DNA from: Gnetum montanum
Taxonomy: Eukaryota; Plantae; Gnetophyta
Assembly: GCA_015680685.1 (NCBI GenBank)
Contig: MNCI01001334.1
Coordinates: 180,726-244,725, forward strand
DNA length: 64,000 nt
Direction of reading: 5' to 3'
Made by a program: the position numbers and the translations under genes. The notes below the pieces were generated by a model. The model was not told the DNA's origin, searched no databases, and was given only the letters and a program-made list of their open reading frames with translations. Shown one piece after another: positions 25,722 through 39,674 of this stretch; position 1 is the stretch's first letter, and each line of letters starts with the position of its first letter.

Positions 25722-27728
25722 TCTACCTAACATTCCTCTTCCTATTTTATCTTTTATCTAACTGATCCTAATAATAGTCATTAGGGTGTCAATCTAGAAC
25801 TATAGGACTTTACTAAATTTTTCATTTTACACATTCTTTAATACTTTTTCATTTCTTCAATTTTTAATATTCTTCCACATTTTTCACTTCTTTAATGACT
25901 TTTCATTCTTTAACATTTTTCATTCTTTACATTTTTCCAATTCTTATTATCTTTTTCATACTTTGTTTTTGTTTCCTTTGTAAATAATTTTGATTGTTAA
26001 TAAAATAAATTATGAATAAGGCAAGATGTAGTCCAATAAAGTGAAGATCATTATGCCTAGATAGAAAGGTGAAGAACCATGTTGAAATGTAATGGGTGTG
26101 ACATCAAGGGGATTTGTGGACTCTCTTGAATTACTTCTATTAGTTCTATCATGTTGCTTAGGTTGTATCATATCATTGTAGATCTAATGAAAAATAGAAG
26201 TAAGAGTAAAATAAGTGCTAATTACCTTGTCACTAGAAAGACATGATACCCATGCCTGAAGGTAGTCCTATGGTAAGGTTAACATAAATAAAAATAAAAG
26301 AGCGTAGAATAAATTTCTAAGGGTCCCACTAGAAAGACATGTTACCCATGCTTGAAGGTAGGAAGCTTCTTAGAAATCTAGAAATAAAAATAAAAAGGTG
26401 CCATGAATAAAATCCTCCCTTGGACAATACACTAAGTGATGATACTTCTTACACCAGTGGTAGTCTTACAGTTCTAATTCCAAGAGGTGAGACAATGCGA
26501 TGCCACTAGAATATGGTCTAGACTTGGTTTGGATCTTGAAAAGAAAGGCTAATAATTATTTTAACAATTAATAGAAACAAGAATTCATAATGCCCATGGT
26601 AAGATACCTCATGTCCCAATTTCTATAATCCCTTCTAAGTCCACTCATCTTACTCTATAAATAATCATAACTTATGATTTTGTGTAACATAGCATAATTT
26701 TCCAATTTGGTGGTGCTAACATGTGTGTTTTGCTAAATAGGTATGCATTACATTCAACTACTTAAGTTCCTTAGGACACTTCTAGGTATGGTTATACAGG
26801 GACATTAAGGGCTAGAGCTTGCTTTGGGGAGGATCCACTTGTATAACTATTGTATCTTGTACTTTTCCAACAATTCCACATCATCTTGAGCATTTCAAGA
26901 CTAATAAATATTAATCACAACTTTCCTCTACATCACATAACTTTGTTCTATACCAAATAATTCATTACCCATCTCATTAGCACTTCATATAACTCAAGAT
27001 TCCTTCTTTACACATTTTCTATGCCAATGTGCACTAAATATGCATCATTCATAGTCCAAGACCCTCTAAATATGATTCAAACCTTCTAGGCATTCCAAAG
27101 AGATTCATTTTTCATCATCAGATGCCAAGCAGAACTTGAAAATTTTGAATCCAATATCAGGTTAGACAAAAAGTATAAATACAAGAGGAGTTAGAGAAAA
27201 TTTTTTCTTTCAAGATTCTGAAGAGAGGAAGATTTTTTCATTTTTCTTCTGCAATTTTAGCATTGACCTCCTAGCTTCCCCAAGCCATAACTAGCATGTT
27301 ATCACTCCATTTTTTGTGAGTTTTAAACCTATTTGATCCCAGAGTCCTCATCTTAGTCATGAGAAGGTGCTAGTGAGGAAAATCTAAGCTAATTTTTCAA
27401 AATTTGCTAGTACCCATAAGGTATTATAAGGATAAGTATGAAAGGAAAAGTAAACATTTTTAATAAAAATCAATCATATTAATGCCAGAGCACTTAAATA
27501 ATGCTCTTATTAAACCATAACCATCATTATGAACCATGAATAAGAAAACAATAGATAACTATGAAGGTTGTAAGGAAATTAATGCTTATGGGGTTACTTT
27601 TTGAAAATTTCTAATTTTGTAATCCTAACAAATAGGAACTTGATCTAACTAAAAGTAGAAGAAAGGAAGGAAGTTATAAAAATTAAATAACACATTCTAA
27701 TTAATCCCTAATTCCTTGATGATTTCAA

Positions 27729-30546
27729 ATGGCACAAAGAGAGGAGTACAAGATGGACCCTCACAGGATGCGAGTAAAAGGCCAAGAGGCCAAGGTAGAG
27801 GCTAAATAGGAGAACAAGAATTAGAACATGTGGAGTAGGAAGCCCAATCCTTTAGCATTCACTAGGAGAGGTAGGAAGCTTCTGCTACCAAATAGTCGAA
27901 CCAAGGAGAGGTAGAGGAATCACAAGTGCAAGGACAACACCTCATGTTGTTACAAGACTACCTTCAATCTATCCAAGAAAATTCCATCCTGACTACAATG
28001 ATTGTGAAGATGAACTTTGGTTCATTCATAGAATTTGTTATGGAAGTGGTATGAACACAACTTGAAGCATCACTACTATGGCCCAGACTTTCAAATGGTG
28101 GTGAATGGTACCTTCGGGAAACTTATCAGTTCTAGCATAATAAAGAAGAAGGCATCACTGTCAACATCGAAGAAGCCTTCATGCCATATTTGGTCAAGGT
28201 AATAATTGAAACTCTTAAAATATCTAATGAAGGAACAAAAGTAGCACATTTGTGCACCAGATCAAATGCCGAAACTAGAAAACTATTGTTGAAATAAACA
28301 TATGGCAAAAAAGATAAGGGATACAATGAATTAACTCTAGAGGAAAGAATTTACTTGAAAATTGGTACCTATCATTTGTTCCCAAAAATGATAAAATGAT
28401 TTTTCCACCTATGTGGCTAGAGGAAGTGTGATCTTGATAGAAAAAGATAATGCCAATCTCACACAACTCTACTTTATGGAGATCCAAAGGTGGTTTGAAG
28501 AAAAGAAGGTAGGGAAGCTAAAAATTCCATTCCTTTGCCTTATTAGGAAGTTCTACAAATAAGCTAGAATCCTGGGGTACACCAATGATGTTCCCAAGAA
28601 GGCCTAGAATGTCTCATATGTTGAACTACTCAAGTCAGCATCACCTAAGAAAGACTAGGATGAGGAATAGACTGGCACTGAGGAAACCACACAAACCACT
28701 AAACAAAAACATCAAGTGGGACCCAATGGCCAATAGCAAGAGTAGCAAAAATAGCAAGAACTACAATAACAACAAAAAGAATAGTAGCAATAGCAAGTTC
28801 CAACAACATCGCCATAGGCCTATAGGCCATCAATGAGTAATCTACAAGAGATTGTAGAGATAATAAGATATGAAACAAGAGAGGAGGCCAACCTCTATAG
28901 AGTTATTAATAGTGTCATATAGCCCATAGATTTTGTAGATCCAATAAGTGGATAAATCTCATTGTAGGCAACTGAAGAGATCTAATGGTTACAACAAATC
29001 TTTGGGAATGTTGCATTATTCTAAGTCGTGCTAGAAACTAGAGAAGGAGCCACAGTTGTGGTAATGTAGCACCAAGATGCTATGGGAGTAGAAGAGGTGA
29101 TCATGGATCATATTAAATAATTCTTTAATGTACATGTTGTGCCACCAACAAACTTAATTGGAGCTAGGGATGCTTAGATGCTATCTATAGCCTCAATGAC
29201 TCTTAGACCATGAAGATGTGCTAGACTAACTACTACAGACTAAATAAGTAATGATAATACTTTTTGACATTCCAAGTCATTTAATTGTAGTGCAATTAGA
29301 ACTTATTATAACAAAAGGAAAACCAATCATGGAAGAAACTAGGGTGAATCATGTAGCAGCTAAAATTCTAAGATTACAAGAAGAGCTAATAACCTGGAGG
29401 GCAAAACATAAAGATCCAACTTAATTCATTACACTTGACTAGTTATAATAATTCAAAATAGAGTATATTAGTTATTTGATTGAGTAGAACAATAAGATAG
29501 GGAATGAAAATGAGAAAGAGATGTGAAATTCCTTAGTAGCTGATGCCTAAACATATGCACATGCTAAGGCACTCATTGTAGCATAACAAGAAAACAAGCA
29601 CCTCACTATTAATAACATGTAGTTGACCACTATGAAGAAATCAAAGAATATCCTAGAGAAAATAATTCACTAGTTAAGAGAACAGCTAGTGAGGGTCAAC
29701 CAAGACATGAGCCACCTTGCACTAGAAAACATAATCCTCTCAATGGAGGAGGTATGTGCTATTTGCTAGAAATTAAACATTAAAATTAGCACATGGTAGA
29801 ATTAGACAAAGAAACATGAGAGGCTCACAGAATAATTCTATGATCAAGTAGAAATGTATAAGCAAATCAGTGAGAAAGAAATTTATATGGAAAAGGCCCA
29901 AATCAATTTCATTTTAGCACAAAATCCTAACTAGTAACCAATCTTGGATAGGTATGTCCACATCAACCATGCAGAAGTTAAGAACAAAGATCTATACATT
30001 GAAGAACTAAAAGAGTACATGGGGTTAGCTAACCTTTGTTATGCTAACTTGGCCATGTTAACAATAGGTAGGCCTAGAAATGAGCTTGAACAACAAGTAG
30101 CAGCCACATATGCATTGTATGAGAAGAAGTTTCCAGATCACAGGGATGCCTTATAGAAACTTTAGGTGGAAAAATTTGAACTAGAAGTAGTAAAGGTTGG
30201 CTAGAAGGGGTTGAAAGATGTAGCAGCAAAGATAGCTAGAAGATTATTAGATTATCATGAACTGTGAGAAAAGGCCAAAGATTTTGAAGAAGAAAGAAGA
30301 TAGTTTGCTTCATGGTACATTAAAGCTAATGAAATGTTTTTGCAACTACCATGTTTAGGGAAGGTACTAGCTCCATCATAGATTGCACAACAAGCATGTA
30401 TGATACATGAACTAAGAACAAAGGAGGAGAAACTTCAAGCACTCCTTAATGGCTACAAATTCCAAAAACCTAACAACAAGGGAAAGTAATTGATGGAAGA
30501 GTCACCATCACTAGACATTACATAGGGTACTTTGAGCTTCATCTAG
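27729..30546 (+). pseudogene. Extra sense ORF downstream of pol (env-position ORF) with coiled-coil-like C-terminal half
   Basis: Begins ATGGCACAA. Segments IFGNVALF*VVLETREGATVVVM and LANLCYANLAMLT...ELEQQV (ORF 29944-30156) match the minus-strand ORF at 55696-58599. TATA-like gtataaata at ~27173. Confidence 0.7.
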
Positions 30547-31408
30547 TTTTTGTTTGTTTTATTTTAAAATTATCATGTCATGTCTTATGTTAATTTTTTT
30601 AAAACACCATTATGGCATTCAAGAGTCATGTATATATTTAATCAATTATGTAAATCTACCTCCTAGTTTTATAAGGAAATTTATCCTCATTTTGTTTTAA
30701 ATCAAGGATGAGTTTTTAGTTAGTTGTGGGGGTATGATAAAATGAATTTTTGAATGGCTATAATATCAGGTAAATGATATCATTGCTCTGATATTAGATC
30801 CCATGCTATGACATCAGCTACTCGATATTATGCCATACATGCTTGCCTATAAATATACACTTAGGCACATGGTTCATAATACAATTTCATTCATCCTTAT
30901 CAAAAATATCTTAATTTTTTTTGTGAATTTAGACTTAGAAAATAAAAGTGTAAATGCCCATAGTGTAATGTGAACTAGTGAATGACATCTTTATTTGAGC
31001 ATTTTGTACTTGGGCACAAGTGTGATTGGAAATAAAGATTGAGCTATTTCCCACTATTACAGCATTCTCTGAGATTTACTATTTATACTTGGAATAATTT
31101 TCTTAATATTTCCTAGCTTAATGATTTTCTTTTCTAAAGTACTTATATTAAGTAGAATGAGTATGACTAAGCTTGAGTACTTAAGTGTAATTTCTTGGAA
31201 ACCTAGTAGTGTTATCGATCGGTACACCTAGTAGCAGTACACATGGTAATCCAATGGTAGTTACATGAAGCCCAAAGTGTGTATGGAAGATTATGAATAG
31301 ATACTTATTGCACTAGGCTAGACTAGATTTGTTATTCATTTTACTTAGTTTAGAATTCACCATTATATTCACCATGTTTACTAGGAGCCAAGTGGGCCAA
31401 ACAACATC

Positions 31409-32188
31409 TGATGAGACATGAAATTGCTCATATTGCTGGCGGTTGCGTTAAGGCACCCACGTTAACGCACCCACGTACGCGATATCACAGTTAGCCGCAA
31501 TTTCTATAAATAAGAGGCAGCTCTCCCTCATTTCACATCCCAGTTTTAGTGTAGCGAAGCTCTGCAGTTTGATCCCTCCAGAGTTAGAATTTTTCCCGTG
31601 TCTGCCCGCAGTGTGGTGAATGTAATTGTACGGTGTCTTTATTCGAGTGTGCCGTACTTGGACACGCACATGACTGGAAATAAAGATCGAGATTACTTCA
31701 TCATTGCAGCATTCACTTAGTTTATTTATTTGTTATTTATTTAATGTTATTTATTGCTTTCATGGCACGGTGTGAGTACGACTTAACTACGAGCATCTAC
31801 GGGTGTGTACGGCTAGTTNNNNNNNNNNNNNNNNNNNNNNNNNNNNNNNNNNNNNNNNNNNNNNNNNNNNNNNNNNNNNNNNNNNNNNNNNNNNNNNNNN
31901 NNNNNNNNNNNNNNNNATTTTCTTACCCTTTTCCTCCTAGCTTAGATTAGTTAATATTATTTTCCACTACCATCAGGAGTAGCATAGAATTAGGAATACA
32001 TCATATGCCTCATCTAGACTAAACCATACATGACATATGCAAAACTAGTCTAGGTGGGAAGACAACGAACTGCGACCTAAGGCTAACTATCTAGGTGCCA
32101 CAACTAGTCCATCTGTGGAGTTCGACCGGATCGCGCATGCGACGCTCGTTTCATATGGTTGAGTGTAGGGGTATCTCGCCACTCATCA
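31409..32188 (+). mobile_element. Young related LTR insertion (solo LTR, or collapsed full element) spanning an N gap
   Basis: Termini TGATGAG...CTCATCA. Perfect TSD ACATC (31404-08 / 32189-93). The empty site is contiguous in the 5' LTR. Many intact CpGs. Confidence 0.9.
31819..31916. other. Assembly gap (98 N)
   Basis: Run of N. Confidence 1.
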
Positions 32189-32390
32189 ACATCACTTATC
32201 TCATACCTCAAAAAGAGGTAAACCATATAATCAAATTTCACTAGCTCCATGTGGGAAGATTATGATCATGAAATTAAACCAATTACTAGCATATTAACAT
32301 TTTTTTATCCATGGATTATGATTTGGTTGTGCATGAACACCTGTGACTTGTATGGTTATATGTTGGATTACTCCACCTATCATCAAAATG

Positions 32391-32757
32391 CATAAAACAT
32401 TTGGTAGAAATAAAAATCCTTTTAAGATGTTGAAAAATACTAAAAGAGACAAACTACATAATACAAACATTAGAGAAATACTTTAGGTGGCTTCTATTTC
32501 AAATAAGTGAGAAGAACGGTAGCTTAGATTGTTGGAACATGTGCAAACAAGATTAGATAATGAACCTATAAAAGAAGGTTACTATTCTTGGAAAACCACT
32601 AAAAGAAAGAACAAATAAGACAAAGAGAAAAGAAATAAAAAATGATTTGAAGAAACTAGAAATAAACAAAGATCTAGTTCTTCATTAAAATGAATGATGA
32701 AAAAGAATAGTTAACCACATTTTTTTAGGAAAAGGCTAGGATGATGATGATGATGAA
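32391..32757 (+). mobile_element. RTE LINE, 3' part with (GAT)n tail
   Basis: Degenerate ...NIREIL*VASI...LRLLEHV... (RTE C-terminal motif). Ends ggaaaaggctag(gat)n. Confidence 0.85.
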
Positions 32758-33842
32758 TGAAATGATTAATAATTTTATAAATGCACTTTTCTTCAAATAT
32801 CATAAAATAAAATAAATAGTGTAAATAAATATTAAAACTAAAATTGAAATTTTATTTATCCATAGATACTCTAGATCGATCCACAAATATTAATCTCTAG
32901 AGATTCCATAGTAATAAAATTATTAAATCAAAGTACTAAAGATTTTAAAGGACTACATCTTTGAAAAAATGCATGTGGTTAACTTTATTAATATTAAATA
33001 AATAAATAGAAGGATCAATAAAGTTTAGGTTATAGTAATAAAGCCTTTACATTGAGTGAAATTTATGGAAGGATGTCATTGTGTCCTTATCTTGATGTAA
33101 TAGGAACCATTGATTAAGGGAATACTATATACCATATTACTAGTGAGCATTTAATAAATGTTATACAAATTTCTTGGTTAGGTTGAAAAAAAATACTTGA
33201 AAGATATAAAATATAATAGATCTTTTAAATCACCTCTCATTGAATACATAAAAATAATAAATCCTCTAAAAATCATAGGTTGTTAATGAATAACAGTGAG
33301 GCTTTTTGTATAAGGTATTGTAGAGAAAAGGATTAGAGAATTTCTTGAAATTAGAATTAATTCAAATAATATTAATTGAGATCAACATTATTCTACGACT
33401 TGACTTAGTGACCTAGCTTTATTATTAATAGTAATTTTTTATTTCTAATAAATAGTAATCATTTTTAGATGTTATTTAATATATCCTATCTTTATTATTA
33501 ATAATAAGTTTTGTTTACAAGCTTGTTACAAGAAGCTATGATTTCAATTATACTCATAGTTTTTATTTATTTGTTGAAATCCTTTTTTTAGTTTAATTTG
33601 TTTCTTATTTGATTTATCTTTTCTTTTGTTTGTTTTCTAAATAAGGATCTTAATTTTCCAAAAACTAGTTGTCAAATATTTTAGAATCTATTCTTTTTTT
33701 ATTTTTTAGCTTTAATGTTACTTTTCTAAAACATAAAACTAGCCACCCTATCTATACAACATCTCAACTTAACTAGTTGTTACCTATAATGTGCTTAGGG
33801 AAAGGTTAAAATCCAAAATAAGTGGTAGGGTACATTATAAAA

Positions 33843-34735
33843 GGAGGGTGTTGGAACCCAAAAATAATATTAATTATAAGAAAATAATCTAGAGTAAATT
33901 ATTTATAATATAAAATAGGAAAAATATTTCCAATTTTAGGATGTCTACTCAAGTATACAAACTTATAAGTAAAATAATACTTTGAAAAATCAAGAGAAGA
34001 AAATTAATTATTAGTAAAATAAATGATCCTAGTCCTAACATCATTTGCATCACTATTAAACATTTGTGCTTCAACTTAAAATAGTAAAATACTTTAATGT
34101 AGCAATAAACAGCTTTGGTGAACTACCAACTTTTGTATAATTAAGAAGAATTATATAGGAACTTATCACTTAAGGCACCTATCACTAGTATTACCATAAT
34201 GCTATTTATTTTCTCTTCAATTGAGAAATTAAGTGCAAAAATTTAATGATAGAATTTATAATATTACGATAAAATTCTAAAGTTTCAAATAGAAGTTATG
34301 AGAAATTAGTTGCAAATTATGATATCTCTAGAGTGATTCAAAATATCTTTCAAAAATAAAAAAAATGTTAGATAGTATAATGCGTATCATGTTATTCAAA
34401 AATCCATTTCTCCATTGTTAATGTGCATATGAATAAGTTGATCCCATAATTGCTTAGGTAACATTACCCTTGCAATGATAAAACTAACCTATTCACATGT
34501 ATGTATTTGGATGAAATTAGAGATTTATATATTTTGAATAATTTTATGATGAAAAGATAAGTGAATTAAGAAATATAGATCTTGAGTTCAAGTTACTTGA
34601 TTAAAAGTTTTCTTCATGTTTACTTCAATAATTTAATAAAATATGGAGGGTGTGTTGGATCCCAAAAGTATTAATAATGTGCAAAGACTATTTAGAATAC
34701 ATCACCAGCTTAAGAGTAAGTAGACGTTATAAACA
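33843..34735 (+). mobile_element. Highly decayed copia-like fragment(s)
   Basis: Two similar PPT+TGTTGG starts (ggagggtgttggaacccaaaa at ~33843; ggagggtgtgttggatcccaaaa at ~34645). Faint RNase H C-terminus-like sequence precedes the second. Confidence 0.3.
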
Positions 34736-34739
34736 AAAT

Positions 34740-35905
34740 ATCATTATCATCATTCTAGTGTTGTCCTCATAAAATGGGATCAATTACATGAGTTATTTTT
34801 TGTCATTTTCCTCTAAGGAGAACTATATATTTATTTATTGCACTCTCTTCAAATCATCTTCAATTGTTTTTTCCCATGTATTTTTTAATCTTTCTTTTAG
34901 TGGCTTTCTTGGAATATTTATGTAGCAATATTTTTTATAGACTCATTGTCTAATTCATTTTTGCACATATTCAAACCATCTAAGATACCATTTTTATAGC
35001 TTATATAAAATAGAATCTAGTCAAAGTCTTCCTCTAGTGTTTGTATTATGTAGTTTATCTCTTTTACTGATACTCAACATCCATCAATGTATTTGCATTT
35101 CTACTACACTAATTTGTTGTTCATGCCTCTTTTGTACTACATAACATTCAACACCATATAAGATAGTAGGCTTGATTTCTGTCCTATAAAATTTTTCTTT
35201 CATTTTTATTGGTATTATTTTATATAGATAGCACCAATATCCTATCTTCATTTTTATCATCATACCTTAATTCTATTTCTTATATCTTTATCAATTGTAT
35301 CATTTAATTAGAGAATTGATCTTTGATAGTGGAATTATTTGTAGTGAGGGACTTTTTGGCCTTGAATTATCACTTCTATTTTATCACTATTTATGCTATT
35401 ATTAAAATTGCATTCTATATATTCTGTCTCACATTTAATTTTTAAGCCTTTTGATTCCAGAGTATTTCTCCACTTTTGCATTTTAAAAGCAATATTTTCT
35501 CAACTTACATCCACCAAGATAATATCATCTATAAATAGCATACACCAAGAAATTTCATCATGTATTTCCTTTATTTTCAACAAAAATAATGACAAATAAG
35601 TATAGGCTACGCATAGATCCTTGATGTAAGCCTAATATAACTAGAACATTAGATATTATTCTACAAGATATTTTAATTATAGTGATAGATCCTTCATATA
35701 TGTCTTGAATTACTTTAATATATTTATTATGGATGTTTTTCCTCTTCAAGATTCACCAAATAATATCTCTAAATACTCTATCATATGCTTTTTCCAAATC
35801 AATGAACATCATAAGGAGATTTTTCTATGTTTTTTGAATTTCTCCATCAATTGTCATATCAAGAAAATAGCCACTATAGTAGATCTTCCTAGCACATCAT
35901 CAAAA
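34740..35905 (-). mobile_element. 5'-truncated RTE LINE
   Basis: ORF 35558-35749 (KYIKVIQDIYEG...LGLHQGS). IDLEKAYD at ~35790. GRSTIVAI at ~35880. (GAT)n-like tail (tcattatcatcat) at 34741. Homologous to the RTE at 17520-32757. Confidence 0.85.
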
Positions 35906-36656
35906 AAATATGAAAATTTTGATTTTATAACTATCTACTCAGGTATATAATCTTACAATTAATACTTTTAAAAATAAGTGAAGAAACTTAATCATTAGTA
36001 GGGAGGAAGGTCCTAGTCCTAAAAAAATTTAAATCACTTTTCAATATCCATGATTAAAGTTAAAATAATTAAAGGATTCAAGATATAGGGCTATGACTTA
36101 ATACTAATATTTATATTAAAGAACTAAAGTGGTAGCAATTATGGAATATCTTCATCTTATCACTTATTATTAATTTGATGTTGAGAATCTTGATCATTAA
36201 TTATAACCTTTTCTCAACACTAGTTTTAATCTTTAAGTTAATAGTATTCTTGTTAGTCAAGGAAAATTTAATTTGATGAGCTATCTATCCAAGCTGATTA
36301 ACACTTTTTCTAGTACTTGTAAAAACATACATATAAGCTTCTATCTTCTCTAGATCATTTATCATCATTTGATTATTCTTATCATTGATATTAACTTGAT
36401 TTTTCATATCTTTAATTTAATATTTTTTTTGTATCTTCAACTTCGATACATTTTTCTTTACTCTAAAATATTTTTTCTTAAGTAGAAAAGGATAAGCATT
36501 AAAAAAATGTCCTTAACAATGAAAAAAGTTATAAGAATTAGGTAGATTATAATATGTAATTAGATAAATATAATTCTAACTCCTTTTTACAATTAAAATT
36601 CTATGTGTTAATTCCTTTTTACAATTAAGATTCTTCGTGTTTAATGGAATCGAGAA

Positions 36657-38136
36657 TGAAAAACCACAAAAATTTGCATATTATAGCCAATTTTCATCAT
36701 GTAGCTTTCACCTTATGAAATGTGAGAAAAAAATTCATTGTAAATGTGAATATTGTAATCCATAAGGGACAATCTCACATATTCCATACTTTTAGAGCTG
36801 AAAAATGCCTCATAAGTGGTCAAAGCCTTATTACCCAAGGGAAGAAGTTTACTTGGTGTCGATATTTGGGCTTTGGTGGGAGTGGGGATGGGGGGATGTG
36901 TGGTGGGGATATGTTGGGGGTTAAAAATGCCTTTTGGAATGCTGAAAATGGCAATTTGATGGGTTTTATGAGGGGTATACCTTTTTCTATGCTAGAAACA
37001 CTTGCAGTGGGGTAGATCTCACCTATCCCTAGTGTGGAGAGGTGGAGGGTTTCCCTTTAGCTTGGAAACTTCCCCCTCCCCCCCTCCCCCCACCCCCCAA
37101 CATCGAAATTGCATGCCCCTAGCTTAGAAGCCACAAAAGCTAGATTTCAACACTCCATGCACTCCAACATTGACCAAAGACTTCAGCAAGGATGGTGGAA
37201 GGCTTAGTGTGGAAGATTTATCTCTAATGTAGAAGGTGTTACCCTATTACTATTTATAGTAAATGGAATGGAAATGGGGAAAAGGCACTTACTATATATG
37301 GTAACCCTCCAAATTTGGGCACCCATATCACCTATACAAGGTAGAAATTTGTAGCAAAATTACAGCCAATTTGTAGCCACTGTGTAGCCAAATTATAATC
37401 AAATTGAAGACATTTTGTGGCACCATTAATGGCCTAAAACCTACAAAAACTAGTGTCAAACACCATTTATAGGTTAAACAATCTTTTTAAGGTTTTAAAA
37501 TTTTTCACAGTTCCACACTTAGGCATTCTCAAGCTCTCAAGAGCTCTTGCATTCTCCCTTGTTTGCATTCTCTTGAAGCCCAACATGGAAGCATTATAGC
37601 CTTGAGACTTGTGGATTTTTGGGTTCAATGTTGCATTTATAGGGCTCCCAACTTATATCATGGAGAAATCTAGTAGCCAATTTCTCACTTTTCTCATTGC
37701 CTAGTAATAATTTAAATTGTAGATCTACAATTTGCAATAGAGAATATTCAAAAGAATCAAGAGTGGCTTAGTACCTAGATCATGGAGCAGACTACATTAG
37801 CTTCAATAGGCTTTGAACTCCTCTCCTAGTGAACTCTCCTTTTTTCTCTCACGGGCATTTCTTATACACATTTCTAAAACTCATTGTTTATTATTTTAAT
37901 AAAGTTTTAAAGTTTTATTTTATGTGTAATTTGCATTTGATTTCTTTCATAAGGATTTATAATTTTAGCATTATATTTTTTCAACTTCTTATTTTGCATT
38001 TTGTAAGTTTGTGGGTGATTGTTGGACTATCCAGGGTACCTCAAATTCCATTTTTTGGAGGCCTTGAGGATTTAGGCTTGAGGCTGTTGGGAAAGATCTA
38101 TTGATTTTCTAGCAATTGATTTTTCTAATTACAATA
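36657..38136 (+). repeat. 5' LTR of Tat copy A
   Basis: Starts TGAAAAACCACAAAAATTTGCAT and ends ...TTACAATA (CA>TA). Followed by attttcttagca, a PBS stub. Confidence 0.85.
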
Positions 38137-39674
38137 ATTTTCTTAGCATTATTGCCAACATTGTTATTTGTATGTTTTTCTAGTTTTTTGTAGCCAAAAT
38201 GCTTTTTAAAAAATCAATGCTGCCCTTTCCCACCTATGACCAATATTGTAAAGTAGAAGTTGCAAGTGGTTGGGTGTCAGCTTTTCATAGCAATTGCTAT
38301 GAATTTTCCTATACAAAGCCAACGTTAAAACCTTTACACCTTTTTTTTCCTTTTTTGGTACCAATTTTTTCCCAGTTTCCAAAGTTGGTGGTGTGCAACC
38401 CTTTCAGAAATCATCAAACTTTTGGAAGTTAGCTACCATTATAATGCAATCACTTCCTTCTATCATCATAAGCTACCATCATAATGCAATCACTTCCTTC
38501 TATCTTGCAATCCATAGTGAGGCCATAGGCCTCATAATAGATGCCACAACCATATGTGCAAGTCCCATAGTGAACAGGGCCACCACAGGAACTAGATCAA
38601 GTGTTCCAGATGATCTAAGACCTGATGGAGGAGTTGAAAAGGCTTAAAGTTTCTACTTCATAAATTGTCAAGATTATGAAATTCTACTAGGATGATTCCA
38701 TTAGTCTTCTGGTTCCAATCTTGACGCTTCAAACTAGACTACTTCTACCATTATCACCAACTCCCTGGTCATGACATAGACTTCTACCTTGTGCTAAAGG
38801 ATGACCTACAAAGGATGATAGATAGGGGGAGCTGGTCTTAGATGCTTTCAACCTAGTCTAGCCACAAAATTAATCAATGTAAGTCTACAAATACCTTTTG
38901 AATGCTAATGATAGCCCTTATGTTATTTCAATGTTCAATATAGATGATGACTACAGACTATCAAGAGAACCATTTGTGATTCAAGTATCCCTTTGCAATG
39001 AAGGGGCTTCTTCAATTTTCACTAGTTCAAGATCCTCCTTTGTCATAAGGGTACCATCATGAGTGCCTTCGAGGGAACCTTTCTTCATGAGGATGCCTCA
39101 ACTTAATAAAAACCAACTAACCATAGCCCAACCAACTGTACAATGACCTCTTGTAGTGGCTATTGCTACTGCATCTTCCTAACAATCGACAATTGATAAC
39201 TAGAAAATCTCAACCAAGAAAAGGAAGAAGAATAAGTAAAAGCCCAACAATAAGGGTGATAGGCAGACAAAGGCATGAAGGGAAGTGGGCCCACCAAAGC
39301 CCACTCCCATCTTAGCTATACCCATGACCTCCTTTATCCAATTTCCTTCAACCAATAAGCCATAGGAGGACCAAAAACACCATAGTCAAAATAAAGAGAA
39401 AAAGCCCTAGAGAAAACAAGTTAAGACCAAAGTTCCCATTTTGGGACACATGGATGAAGTGAAGCACAACTAGGGTGACAAACTCATGACCAACAATAAA
39501 AACTTTAGTAGTGTGATGGATTTGGTTAAGCAATTCCTCAAGTAGAAGAATGCAACTCTAGGTTTGTATGACTTGATCATGAATTCTACTATACATCATG
39601 AGGCTTTAGTCAAAATGTTTACTTTCATTTCCATTAGTTAGGACATCCTCGCTAATGAGGAATCCATCCATGCA

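Larger units (their letters stand above)
20058..32385 (+). mobile_element. Athila-like Ty3/gypsy element with both LTRs, internally deleted, with extra 3' ORF
   Basis: TGAT...ATCA LTRs at 20058-20950 and 30735-32385. TSD agatg (20053-57) / aaatg (32386-90). tRNA-Asp PBS. The RTE reading frame resumes after 32390. Confidence 0.92.
30735..32385 (+). repeat. 3' LTR of Athila-like element, interrupted by a nested insertion
   Basis: Preceded by PPT-like gttgtgggggta. Starts TGATAAAATGAATTTTTG and ends ATCATCA. Confidence 0.9.

Noticed and set aside
36130-36480. Possible additional minus-strand LINE remnant
   Set aside because: Only a vague resemblance; no diagnostic motif could be read.
36578-36640. 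Short direct duplication (tcctttttacaattaa.attc) next to LTR A; similar ones at ~38430-38505 and 2534-2560
   Set aside because: Ordinary local slippage duplications.
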